Shown here in pieces: positions 51,076-64,000 of a DNA stretch of 64,000 nucleotides. Each line of letters opens with the position of its first letter. Position 1 is the stretch's first letter. This stretch comes from Adineta vaga (taxonomy: Eukaryota; Animalia; Rotifera): contig CP075496.1 of NCBI GenBank assembly GCA_021613535.1, positions 14,446,001 through 14,510,000 of the forward strand, written 5' to 3'. The notes under the pieces are model-generated. The model saw only the letters and a program-made list of their open reading frames with translations. It did not search any database and was not told the DNA's origin. The position numbers were made by a program, and so were the translations under genes.

Positions 51076-51117
51076 ATCAGTGTGAAGCTAGCACCACGAA
51101 GCTAGCTTCACACTGAT
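51076..51117. mobile_element. 42 bp TIR-only hairpin
   Basis: ATCAGTGTGAAGCTAGC-accacgaa-GCTAGCTTCACACTGAT, perfect 17 bp arms. Confidence 0.75.
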
Positions 51118-52542
51118 TACATCTATATATCAATTTGGCACAATTGATTTGTGTTGCTTTCCGTGTAAATCTGTGTGTTATTCGGTTTAAACATTGATAA
51201 TCACTGAAAAACATAACATGAAATGGTAGATATGTTTTAGTATCGATAAGAAATTGTTCGATATAATCATCATGAACTCCTCTCAAACGAAGATATTCGA
51301 GATGAGGATATTGAATATAGAATAATTTGTCATGTTTCTTTGATTTTTTACATTGTGCTTTTTCATTTCGAATAGTTAATCGTTTCAAAAATGGAAATGA
51401 TTAAGCAATTTGATGAAAAAATTCATTTTCAAAAGGATGTTCGAATGAACGTTGAATATCTTCATTTAATGGTAAATAAATTTCATTGTTTAACGATATC
51501 ATCGAACAAATATTCAAATGCATTTCATTTAATTTTGGCATATAATTAATAATATTCATCTTTAGATCATTACCATTAACAAATTGATCAATAAATACAA
51601 ATAAAGTTCTTCTAAATTGATCATTTGTTGTAACAATGGTAAAATTTTTGTATCATAACGTTTAATTTCCGAAAAACAATACAATGAAAAACATTGTAAA
51701 TTGTGCACTTTATTCTAAATATGAAAGTATCAAATATATATTGGAAATATTGCATGCAAACATGTTTTAAATGTACATTTGGATGTGGAACTGTATATTG
51801 AACATCAACATAAAAAGTACGAAGTTGATCAAAACGTCCATCAAGTAAAGAAAGACAATCATCGAAAAAATCGACTTTAACATGTAATTCCACTAAAGTA
51901 GAAGAAGACATAAATGGTGGCGAATATACCCATGACATTCGTTGATCATAAAAAAGTAATGAATCAAATTTTAAATATCATAAATTACGGAAAGTATTAA
52001 CAATATATGCAAATTATTTTGTATTGACAGTTTTTGATGTTTCTTGTTGATCGATACATTTGACAACAAACGATGAGATTTGATTTTGAAATCTTTCTAT
52101 AAATGTATCTTCTAAAGAAGATCTTTTCAATGATGATCTATTCTATTAGTCGAATTATCTTACCTTTTAAAAATTGCACATCATTTTCTGTTTCAATATT
52201 GTACAAACCAAGACCAAACAAATTTCGATAATTTCGAACAAGTAAAATACGTTGTACCGATGATATTTCAATATCCAGCCAATTAATTTTATCATTGATT
52301 TTAGGTGAAATTTCCGAACAAAATCGATCCAGCATTGAATCAGATAATCGAGAAATAATATCAGAAGATGAATGTTTGAATAATGTTAAATGATTAGTAA
52401 ATAAAAAATCATGTACAATTTTTGTAAGTCGTTGATTAACACCAAGAAAAGAATAAAGTATATGACAATTATCTAAGTTTTTGAAAATAATCAAAAGAAT
52501 TTCATCAGGTGACTTATTCAATTCAGCGAATGAATCTTTCAT
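51118..52542 (-). pseudogene. F-box/LRR pseudogene
   Basis: F-box PDEILLIIFKNL..ILYSFLGVNQRL; typical downstream blocks (DCLSLLDGRFDQLRTFYV, PFENEFF..IA*SFPFLKRL, VHDDYIEQFL) broken by stops and frameshifts. Confidence 0.85.
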
Positions 52543-53341
52543 GTTGACTTATGTTTATTTCTCCCTGTTTTAACTTGTAAGCGAACAATCATAAACATGT
52601 CTATTTATATTCAATCGTCATATTTCTGTGATTGATATCGTCCATGGAAATAATGAATAATAAGTCAAAGAGACAGAAAAACATTTCTATGAAATTGAAC
52701 TATCCAATCAAATGATTGTATTGATGTTAAAAAGATAATTGAGAATAAAATCTAGTACAAAATAATTCGAATTTTTCAAAACGTATGTTGAATTAAAACT
52801 ATTCGTTTTTCTTGCATTCGATCAATGCATGTGTTTCTTTAATTGAATTTTTTAGTTTTTTTTGTAGCGAATTCTTTTAATATCATACTATGTTGATATT
52901 CAATATAATGAATTCAGGAAGTAAATTTGTAGTCGTATTTTGAAAATATTCGTCAGTTTTCAATAGTACATCTGATGTTCACAATCTATTATGAGATTTT
53001 TTGGTCGATTGATTATGCATGGACGAAGTCTATACCGAATAATGTTTTCATATATCTCCAGTTTGATCGTATTGAATTCTTTTGTTTATTCTCAATTTTT
53101 ATAGTCTACTTTGACAAATGATTTTATTTAGAAATGCAAATCTCTGTTCTATATCTTAAAATTTCGATTTCTACAAAATCTTTGATTAAAATACTAAAAG
53201 AATTGATTGAATGAAATAGAATAAAAACATTTATTTACTAGAAAAAGGTTTCATATAAAACATTCTCTAAATAAATAAATTCATGTTGTTTTTCCAAGCA
53301 GAACATAAGGAATTTGTATCTGAATATATACTATTTTCTTT

Positions 53342-53943
53342 TTAAAAATGCTCTTGTCCTTTTCTTTTCGTAATTCGTTCTATTTCTTCTTGTCTTGCAA
53401 CGCCAATTCTCCATCATAGCAGTTTTGTATGAATTGAGTCATACGAAGAACCAAAGAACCAATATTATCTAATTTCAATTTACTAAAAACGAGTTAATTA
53501 ATATTTGTTATTTTATGTACGGTCACTGACATACTTGTTCTCGTCAATATATTGTTCTTTTTCAAATAAAACATCATCTGCACGATTTTGAGTGATCTAA
53601 AAATAAAATAAATTAAACTTAATTGATGGAATCATATAAATTGAAAATATTACGAGGCCTATCCATAAACCATTCTTTCTTCTTTCGAATGTGCAAAACA
53701 TTTGTATGTCCGTGTTTTCATATTCAACTGTTATTGTACCCAAACCTTGATCGGAATGATTCCAATTGATTAATTCATTGGTCTAAAAGAAAAGCTTTTG
53801 TAGGCTTTTTTTAATATAAAATATTACTTTTCCATCGGTATGTTTAACTAAGAAACATTTTTGAATTAAACACCAATGGGATACTGATAAGATTTTTCAT
53901 GAAAATCAATTACAGATTCGAGGAAAATGAAGTTTTTATTCAT
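53342..53943 (-). pseudogene. Decayed small multi-exon gene of unknown family
   Basis: Exon-like blocks (HWCLIQKCFLVKHTDGK|TNELINWNHSDQGLG..|ITQNRADDV..) between GT-AG introns, with frameshift and stops. Confidence 0.4.
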
Positions 53944-55007
53944 TTTCTGAATAAAAAGACTGAAAAAAACATTATCAATTCAAAGAATGAATGAAATTAT
54001 TTGAAAATTTTAATTTAACTAAATAAACAAATTATATGCTGACAATATCTTTATTAATTGGAAAACTATTTTCATTTATTTCAATATTTCGAAAAGTAAA
54101 CTTGTGCACGTGATCTTCTATAAATAAATAAAAACAATTGGTTAGTATATTAAATCAGGCAGAACGAAGACTTTTATACATTTCATTTATTTATCATCCA
54201 ACAATGACCTTTATCGATATAGATAGATTTTTTTTCTTTATATTTGTCCGTAAATTAATCTGTAGTTCTAGTTTTTCAAAGTGTGATACAGTTCAAAACA
54301 GGATACAATGCAAAAACTAACATTATATATTTCTCTATACCATTTCATCATTATTCAAATGATATCATAATAATAGAGTTTCGATAAGAATTTTCATTAT
54401 ATAATTTCAATTAAGATAACTATAATACATATTATCATGTATATTTGATCTCATCTCCGAATAGATTTTATTAAAAACCAAAATAAATTACAAGATGGAG
54501 CGTAAAAAGTTCCATACAACTTATGATAAACAGTTTATTTTAATTATAATTACGTTTTTTTGTTGTAAAAAGACTAAATTCTAAGCTACTAAAAATATTC
54601 GTACGATCAGAATTTATGTGGTGGCTCAAAGTTTTGTCCGTCTCATAGATTACAAGTACAATTATAAAGAGAACCTGAATATAAAAGCTTTTTGCACTGT
54701 ATGTTTTGATCCATTTTGATTTTCCTTCAATGAAATCTATTAGATGATAAAAAAAAACTACAAATAAAGCACGTAGAGATAGTTTTTCACGTATGAATCT
54801 TGTATCGAAAGGATTTATTTTTCTTAAAGAATAAAATTAATTTGTGTTGAATACGACATGTATTGAAAAGCAAACCAAAAGAAATAATTTGTTGGAACAG
54901 ATTCCAAAGAAAGTTCAATAGTTTTTTGTGCAACATTAAACATTTAGAGTGTTTGTATAAATCGTTTTTGAAGTTGTTCATGATATTGAATAATTGATTT
55001 TCGATAT

Positions 55008-55340
55008 TTATTTCTGTAAAATTCTGATGGTAAAACAAAAAATCATAAAAGTAATCATTGGTGGAAGAAATGAAATTAAATATCCACAAAGAAATAACCA
55101 GGAATCTCTTTTTGAATTCATGCATGTTGATGCATAAGCGATAATTAAACGTGGTAATGCAAGAAGAAATAAAACGACAGGTGCAATTAATTGACGACGA
55201 TGCTCTCGAAGTTGTTTATGTGATGTATCTTTATAAGTTTCATCTTCATGAAGATGAAATCGGCGATGAGATTTTTTTGTTATTAAAATAATTGATGAAA
55301 TCAAATTAATGAGAAATGGAATAAAAAATGAAATGTATTT
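55008..55340 (-). pseudogene. C-terminal GPCR fragment (TM5-TM7)
   Basis: FFIPFLINLISSII..LIAPVVLFLLALPRLII..WLFLCGYLISFLPPM, frameshift before LPSEFY; upstream part absent. Confidence 0.75.
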
Positions 55341-56279
55341 ATAATTCGATTATAAATTTGTATTTTTTATTTCAATATAATTTGACAACTGTTTTGAACA
55401 TCTTTCCTCTTAAATAAATTCATTATTACGTTTAACAGAAATTAAAGAAATGTTAATCAATCGATCATCATTCATTCTATTTCTAGCTATTATTCCATGA
55501 TCATCTCTCTTTTCAAATAAATCTTTAGGATGTGAATGAGAATAATCGACAGCATCGTTATGATCCGTTTTTTATCAATTCATTCTTTATTCCGATAAAA
55601 ACAAACTAAATTAATAAAAGTACATTGTTAATCGATAACATTTACTTCTTTCAATCAAGATCTATTTAGAAGTTATCATTGTCCATATTCTTTGCTTTGT
55701 TCAATAAGTTCACTGATATCATTGCAAATACTGTATGGAATAGTTATATTGAATTGTTGACAAATATTCTGCACATTTGTATTTTAGCATTTGTCATCGT
55801 TTATTCTCAATATTAAAAATATTTATTGAAAAAGAGAAAGAATTTTAAATATGATAAAAAAATACTGATTTTCATCAACTCGACATTGTTTGTCATACAT
55901 AATGTGTTGAAAGATTATTTATTTCCATTGATATTTGCTCATAATTCTATTTCTCATATAAAAAAAACCTTCGATTAACTTTTATTTTCTTTCATTATTG
56001 GCGATGCTGAACATTTATATAAAATCGTGCGTATCAAATCATCTAGAGAGAACAACTTGCACAAAATGCAATATCTCGTTAAAAATATAAAATCATGTGT
56101 TTTATATTTGTTTTTGTGTCATTTTTTTGCTTTTTGACAAATATCATTTCACGTTGGTTCTCGTATAAAAACAATTTAATGCACGTTCAAACTTGCTCAC
56201 AGAGTAGAATGTAGCATGCATTTGAGAAAAAAAAATATTGAAGCAAACGATATTTCTTTTATTCTATCATCGTGATACT

Positions 56280-57610
56280 ATGCACAGAAATAAAAAATTT
56301 GAACACCATCAATTCTATTTTGATGTCAGTGAAACAAATGATGTAGACAAGCAAATTACAACGGATGCTGAAGTGACATCATCAGCAGATGATTCACAAT
56401 CGCAACAACAGAACTCAACTCCCGATGAATTACAACAATGATTTACTCGAGCTAGTTCTGAATTGGTTGCCGAATCAAAGGATCAACAAGATTTTTTCAA
56501 ACGTGATGCTAGTATTAAAGCACCAAAAACAGGTCAAATCATACAAACACCATTTCCACCATCTTCCGAAGATCGCAAAGAAGATCTTGAACAGTTGAAG
56601 CAATTATTGAAACAAGAAGAAGCAGGTTCATTGGTCATCGAGAAATATTCTCCAACTCAAACAAAAATTAATCATCCATTAGCAGCAATTACAATAACAT
56701 TCAATCAACCAATGATTGCTGTTTCAACAATGAATGTCGAAAATTTTGGTATATCATTAACACCAACATTAAAAGGTCGATGGACATGGACAGGAACAAA
56801 AACGATTCAATTTGAACCAAAACATCGTTTACCATATGCAACAAAATGTAAGTTACAAATTGATAAAGAAAATTGTGTATCACAGCTTGGAGGTAAATCC
56901 ATTTGAGAATTTTCAATTTTTTTTCTTTTTTCTCTAGGAAAATTAGAAAATCAGTTCGTATTTGAATATTCAACAAAACAACCGAATGTTGTACAATTCT
57001 TACTACGTGGTACCATTTCAACATTAAAACCAGAATGTATTCTCTTATTTGATCAAAAAATTGATCAAAACCAAATTTTAAATTAACTTCGTATAGCAAG
57101 TAGTGATGGATATCAAATATCAAGCAATGAATTAGAATTATTAAATGAAAATCTAATAAAAAATTTTAAAGAACATTTATATAAAGAAAAAGAAACTCAT
57201 GAGAAATGTGTTATATTTACATTTAAATATGATTTATTAAAATCAACACAATATACAATTCAATTACTTGTAGGTTGCCCATCAGCTGAAGGTCCGTTAC
57301 GAACAGCATCACAATGGTCAGCTAATTTTCGTACATGCGCACCACTCAAAATTACTGCTTGGTATGCAAATAAAGAGCATAGATATAGAGGACCTGTTAA
57401 ACCTGGTGAAAGTTGGTTACTGATATTCAATAATTTATTGAATCGTTTAACTATAAATAAATCATTATTTAAATTTAAACCTGAACTTAGCCGTTTCGGT
57501 AAATTTTAATCGACATTTTCAGGTATTCAACATGATGAAGATAATCATCGACGTATAATTATTTATGATTATTCGAAAGCCAATACTATTTATTCATTAA
57601 TGATTTTGTG
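56280..57610 (+). pseudogene. Bacterial-type alpha-2-macroglobulin N-terminal (Ig-like domains) relic
   Basis: APKTGQIIQTPFPP, ITITFNQPMIAV, GRWTWTGTKTIQFEP..RLPYAT, GCPSAEGPLRT; intron 56893-56937; stops at 56439 and 57084; truncated. Confidence 0.8.
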
Positions 57611-59221
57611 AGAGACGTAGTTGTAGCAACTTCAATTACAAGAAGATGCTTTTTCAAATTTTCTCTTTGTTTATTACAAGAAAATATTACCATTTAATAT
57701 TATGAAATCATCAATAGATGTGAAGAGAAAACAAAAACAAGAAAGAGATATATATCTCGAATCTTCTCTTACGAGATATTATGTCGACTCCAACCAAGAA
57801 GATTAACATAGCCATCTTCTTCAGTAACTATGAAATGAAAATTTCAAAATGACTCTTTTGGAAGGAGCAAAGGAAGAGACATGGATACACAAACATAAGA
57901 AATCTAGATTGCGATGTGAGAGTACTCTCTAATAGAAATAAAACAGAATTTTAATGAAGTTACAGAAGTTCAAAAGAGATATCTGTATTTCAATATACTT
58001 GTACGAAACTTTTATTCAGCCTATAAAATTGAATTTAGATGTTAACATGATGAGTAATTCAATAAATTACACTACGTAATTGATTATTTTTCAATCAATT
58101 TTTGTGAATTATTGATGGCGTCTAGATAAAGTTGAAAATAATCAAATTTAATCTATCTGTCTTTCTTCTCATCAATACCAGACAAATATATCTGATGTTT
58201 AGATATAAAGGAAAACATTCGTTTTGAATAATATTGAATTTAATGATAACTTACCAGTTTATGTAAAAATATCAAAGAAAATTAGAACAATTGAAAATAA
58301 TATTCTAGAAATACCATAGTTATATTCAGCACATATACTTTTCCCTATGAAATAAAAATATTTTCCATATCAATTCTTAAGACAACAGAAACATTTTTTC
58401 TTTAGTTGGGAAGAAAGAAACATTCTGTTGTTACTTTGTTGTTAACAATGATCTACAAGACTTTCTATACAATGTTCTTAGAATAATTGAGAAAAATATG
58501 CTGCGCAACAGTATACCAGTTACATACAAGAATTATTGTTGCATTCATTTGCGAGATGAAAACTCATATTCATTAGCTATATCAACAAGAGAAAAAAGTC
58601 TTTTTCTTTCCTATATGTAATGAATATTACCTTTTGTATGTAAGAAACAATAGTCATTTTATTTTATTCTTTTTTTTGCAATCAACACTTTAACTCAACT
58701 TGCGTTATACTGAAAATATGAAAGTGAGTCCTTATATTTAAATATTAACATCAATAGAATGATATCGAAAACCGACTGTCGATAGAACACTCTTATTACT
58801 AGTATAAATGAATAAATCTATTTTAAGATTAACCTTGAAGATTTTTTCTTTCTATAGAAATAGCAAACGTGATTAAACTCAAAAGCCTTCTTTTCTTATG
58901 CGAATATGAAAAATATCACACATGATTGATTTCTTTTGTTTATCTTCAAAAATTTGACGTCGTTTTATATTGATCAAGTATTTTTAGATAAAATTTTATT
59001 TTGTTTTAAAAAATAAATAAATTCTACTTGAAGGAAGATGTATTACAAATTGCGAAAGGTGAACGATGACGAATTGCTTCGAGTGCATATGAAAGAAGGA
59101 GAAAAAAATCTGATTCGTCGATATGTTTAACCAATAGATTAAAAAGAGAAGATAGATAGATAGATAGATAGAAAAAAAAGGTTAACTAGTTATTCTTATC
59201 AGATTATTATTGAATATCGAA

Positions 59222-60302
59222 ATGTCTTCAAAAGATGACAATATGAGTGGTGGTGATGATGATTTAATACTGAGTCAACCTGAAACCAAAAAAGAATTAT
59301 TACATGGACAATCATTTGCTTTTGGTGGAATGCAAGGATGGAGAAAGTCAAATGAAGATTTTCATAGACATTTAGTTCCAATTGATAATCATCATTGGAA
59401 ACTTTGGTCTTATTTTGCTATTTTTGATGGACATAATGGTTTGTTTGTATTTTAGATTTTGATTTTGATTTTCTTTTTTCTCACTTTAGGCACGGACACA
59501 GCAAAAAATGCGGCAAATCTTCTTGATAAACATTTAATTGATGCTTTAAATGGAATAAGTAAAGGCAAATCATCTGATGATTTAATTCATTCATCTCAGT
59601 TCGATCTTTATCAATTAACTCAAATTGTTAAACATACTTTTCTTCAATTAGATAAAGAATTAGTTAGTTTAGTTCGTGATCAAAGTGGTTCTGTTTGTGT
59701 AAATATTCATTATTCTTATCTTTCTCTCTCTCACTCTCTTTCTATTTATAAATATATAGATTGCAACTTTAATTGGACCAGAACATATTTATCTAATTAA
59801 TCTTGGAGATTCTCGTGCAATAATTATTTCAAAAGATGGAAAAGTTTTAGAATATACTAAAGGTTTTATCTATTTTGTTTGTTTTTCATAAAAATTTCAC
59901 GAATTTCTTTTAGATCATAAACCAAATGTTCGAAAAGAAAAAGAACGAATTTTAAAAGCAGGTGGACATGTCACACAAATGCTTGGTGATGTTGCTCGTG
60001 TTGAAGATCAACTTGCTGTTAGTCGTGCATTAGGTGATTATTCAATTGATAAACATCTTATCCCAGCATCACCGGATATTATACAATTTGAAAGAAATTC
60101 TAAATCTACAGCTAATTTTCTTATTCTTGCTTGTGATGGTGTTTGGGATGTTATGAGTAATGAACAAGTTGCTTCATTTGTTATTCAAAGAATATCAAAT
60201 ACATCACTTGAAAATATTGCATCACAATTATTAGATCATTGTTTACATTTACAAACAATGGATAATACGAGTGTTTATATTATTCAATTAGATGAGAAAT
60301 AA
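59222..60302 (+). CDS. Protein phosphatase 2C (PPM1A/B-like), four exons
   Basis: MQGWR..ED, AIFDGHNG, NLGDSR, DHKP, LAVSRALGD, LILACDGVWDV, DNTSV. Confidence 0.93.
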
Positions 60303-60483
60303 ATTGAAAAAAACGTTTTTTTTTTTTTTAAATTATTTCCAATATATTCAAGCTTTATTTATTATAGATTAGATTAAATTATACTTATGAATAAGATTTA
60401 TCTTTTGAGAGAAAAAGATCCATCTATTAGATAAATTATGATTTTATTCTAAAGAATTCTAAAACTAAAACTAAAGATTAATT

Positions 60484-62130
60484 CTAATCTTGATCAATAA
60501 ATTTCAAAGATTGATGATGATGATCTTCAATTGATTTCTTGTGTTTTTTTGAATTAATACTTTGATAAAAATAAGCTAAAAGAAAGAAAATTGAACATAA
60601 AATCATAATAATAATTAAAACAGTAAATAAATGTTTTGAACCAAAATTTTGAAAAATATAACCAGATATTAAACCAAATACAATTCCACCAATTGCATTT
60701 GATGATAATAAAAATGTTAATTCAATTGGTGATAAAATTAAATATTGTTTTATCCATCCAATTGTTGTTGGTGATATTGATGAAATAGATAAACCATTTA
60801 ATGTAACTAATATAAATATCCATGTATGTGTTAAACCAATATACCATAAAATAATTAACCAAAGAATATATGTTATTAAACTTAATAATAATGATATTGT
60901 TAACATTAATTCAGGTGTCAATAATGATATTGTTAAAAATGTACAAATTATTCTTCCAATTAACATTGGTAACCAATATAATATCATCATATAAATTGCA
61001 TCTTTTTTATCGAAATTTATTTTTTCACGTTCAAGAAATGAAATAAAAAATTTTGTAAAACCTTGTTCAATTCCACCTAAAAGAAAAAGTAAATTCGTTG
61101 ATTTTTGTTTTTTTTTCAAAAATAAAATGATTTGTTTACCAAAAAAGAAATTATATAATAATAAAAGTGAAATAAAAATAAATCCATAAGTTAAATAACC
61201 TTGTCCACATGTTGTTGGACTACATGTTTTCCAAAATTTTGCTTTATTAAAAACTCTTCTGGATGTTGATTCAATATTTATTTCTTCTTTAGCAACTGAT
61301 TGATAAATACGAACATGACTTTTTTTTTCATTTTTATCCTTTTGATATTGTTTATAAGCAATATATCCAAATCCAATCGATGTTATTAAACAAAATATTG
61401 ATACAATTGTATAAGATTTTATTAAATTATGATTTTCATTTTCACGAAATGATTGAACAAGTATTATGGATAATAATGCACCAATTGCATATCCTAAATA
61501 AACTAAATTTAATGGAGCTGTTGAATCTTCTAACCACATTCGTGTTATGATTGTATTAATTGCTAAATTAAATAGAAATAAGAAGAAGAAGAAAAAACGA
61601 ATAATCATTTTACCTAAATCTGAAATACCTTGTAACATTCCTTGTGATAATAAAGCTAAACAAAGTGTCCATAAAGATTTAAAATGTGGTGTTAATGCTG
61701 TTGCTAAAAAAAAGAATAAGAAAAGAATTGATTATTTAAATGAAAATTAAATTTCACCAATAGTTGGAAGTAAATAACCAATGGATAAAATCAATGGTGA
61801 ATGATATTTTGTAATTGATTGAAAAATAACACCAAAGAAAACAATTGAAATTATATAACCAAAACTTCTTGCTGCAACAATCCAAGATAAATGACCTAAA
61901 TTTGTTCCAACTTGATCACTTAATGGTAACATTGTTGAACCAGATATTTCAAGATGAAGACCCTAAAAAGAAACATTTTCTTTAAAATCAAAAAGTAAAG
62001 AAAATCTTATTTTTACCATTGTTATGAAACTAAATAAACAAAATAAAGTTAAATATAATTTCCATTTATCTTTTAAATAAAAATGAAAATCTTTTTTCAT
62101 TTCATTTTCATTGCTCGTATTTTTCACCAT
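60484..62130 (-). CDS. MFSD4-like MFS transporter, multi-exon
   Basis: GLHLEISGSTMLPL, ARSFGY, QGISDL, WLEDSTAPLNLVYLGYAIGALLS, GIEQGF, YWLPMLIGR; multiple TM segments. Confidence 0.8.
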
Positions 62131-63274
62131 TTTTTCTCGAAATCAAATGAAAATTGACGTCAGATTTTAAAATAAAAGATAAGACTTCGCTTTTTATCTT
62201 TCCTTTTTTTACTTTCAAAAAAAAATCTTATATAATCAAGAACAGAATTTCCTTCATTTAATTTTTATCTTATCTTTCTTTTTTTTTTACAAAATTTCTT
62301 CAAAGTTAATCTTTCTTTTTTCTTTTGGAATGCAATGATTATATTCGATGAATTCGCTTATAGCTTTTTACTGAAATTGATATTTTCATATACTCGATGA
62401 TCTTTTTTGGCCTTCAGGAGAATGAATATAACTCCACTGTAATACGAGATATGGCGAAGTTCAAGGTGACAATTTTTGTTTGAACAGAAGTTTTAAATTC
62501 TGTATAAATATTTCATTAGATATATTTGAAAATCAGCACGAAAAACGGGGTGATCAATCAACAATAAATTCCACTTTTCTCAAACTAGGAATCAATTATA
62601 AAACAACTGTTTTATCCTTATTGAGACCTTGAAAATAAAAATAAATATTGACTATATAGATCAAACTGGGAAAAAATGATTTCAATTTTCCTAACAAAAA
62701 ACTATTTTGAGAAAATCCTGCTGCTAAAATCCAAGTTTTACTCAATAAATTTTGTTACATCAATCTGTTTCATGAAAAAGCTACATCTATTTTGGAAGAG
62801 GAGACTTCGATGTATATTTTCTTTGTTAAAAAAATCAACTTTGTTTTTCTTTGAAAAAATTTGATTTTCTATAAGATGTGAACCCTAACCCTTAAAGTTC
62901 GTTTGTTTGATCAAACCAATCAGATTGGAGGAAACTTTTATGATCAATAACTCGTTATATTTTAGGTGAGAAACAGAGTACTCTAGGGTTATTCAAATCA
63001 ATCATAACATCGCACGGCTGGTTAGTGAATAAGTTTGTTTGTTTGAGAAAATTGAAGAATTGAAATTAAACGATGATAATTTAATAAAAATCTCGAGATG
63101 TTATTTTGTTTTTCTTGAAAGACATGTGCGTTTCTTTCTTTTTCTTTTCTTCATCAAGAGTTTCATTTTGTATATTCGGAAGAAAAGAAGAAAAAAAAGA
63201 AGCGATTCTAATAGAATTTATTTTGTTAAAAAAAGAAACAAATATCGTTATTTTTTTCTCTCTTTCAGATAAAA

Positions 63275-64000
63275 ATGTCAATGAAAGATTTAAATAAAGA
63301 ATTTGAAAAACTTTTTCAAAATCGAATTAATGAAAATAAATTACAAAAAAAACTTGATCAATTAATTGATGAATATGGAATTAATCAAATAAATTTATGG
63401 AGAAATTTATCAAATCGAACAAAAAATACTTTATTACATGAACTTGTTGAACAAAATTATCCTGATACTGTTAAACATATGATACAAAAATATCAATTAA
63501 GAACATTTTTTAAACGTGATTCTGATCAATTAACACCTATTGAATTAGCTTTTAGTAATCAAAATTGGAAAATATTTGATCTTTTATTAGAATTTGGTGA
63601 TGAAAAAACTCGAGAACAAGTTTCAAAAGATATTTCTTTAAAAAAACAAAAAGAACAAATGATGAATATTGTTTGGATGGATTTAGAATTTACTTCATTT
63701 GATAATCCACAAATTTTAGAATGTGCTGTTATTATTACAAATAAAGATTTACAAGAAATTAAAAGAAGTATTGATTTATTTTCATTTATTTTCTATTTTT
63801 ATTTTTATTTATTAAAATAGAACAATGGATTATTCATTTTGATCAAGATTTTCTTAGTGGATTAAGTGATTGGCATCAAAATGCTTTTAAAGATATTGAT
63901 GAAGGAGGAAATGGTTTATTTAATGATGTTATTGATTCGAAAATACGAAAAGAACAAGTAGAAATTGAATTATTAGATTTATTAAAAGAATATTGTCCAG
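63275..64000 (+). CDS. Ankyrin repeat - oligoribonuclease (Orn/REXO2-like DEDDh exonuclease) fusion, runs off window
   Basis: TLLHELV..TPIELA..IFDLLLEFG, then IVWMDLEFTS..ILECAVIITNKDL in the same exon; intron ~63768-63821; LSDWH..GL..V..S..E.ELL.LLKEYCP. Confidence 0.85.

Noticed and set aside
43655-51116. ORFs with YRTVP repeats and ORFs across 44973-45497
   Set aside because: Translations of MITE repeats.
62430-62470. NTRYGEVQG carboxylesterase-like start
   Set aside because: Nine residues surrounded by stops, no continuation.
62881-62894. AACCCTAACCCTTA (TTAGGG-like)
   Set aside because: Only two units; compatible with chance.
1-64000. CRISPR array, operons or autonomous transposase/RT genes
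   Set aside because: No repeat-spacer array and no transposase or RT motifs; genes carry spliceosomal introns.

Overview
AT-rich eukaryotic genomic DNA with compact genes and short (mostly ~45-75 nt) GT-AG introns. Gene content (F-box/LRR and orphan rhodopsin-GPCR families, FG-GAP secreted protein, many foreign-looking genes) and TGTGGG/TGAGGG repeats point to a bdelloid rotifer (inference). Conserved genes: melanotransferrin-like, SLC17 transporter, RNF181, LCAT/LPLA2, GT14 branching enzyme, PP2C, MFSD4-like, intron-containing tRNA-Tyr(GTA). Candidate horizontally acquired genes, several decaying: AmtB/MEP-type ammonium transporter, intracellular-bacteria-like 455 aa ORF, fungal-type laccase, fungal-type FAD oxidoreductase relic, bacterial alpha-2-macroglobulin relic. 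Most notable: (i) six dispersed ~45-85 bp mini-elements whose inverted arms are made of telomere-type hexamers; (ii) a 1.46 kb direct duplication (Amt 3' half + RNF181) bracketing a 2.4 kb insert with an orphan gene bearing a PemK/MazF-like motif; (iii) an ankyrin-oligoribonuclease fusion; (iv) a WHY..SGWG domain spliced onto an F-box/LRR protein; (v) several MITE, hAT-like and Helentron-like non-autonomous elements. Exon boundaries were read by eye and family calls are by motif recognition; no database searches were run.
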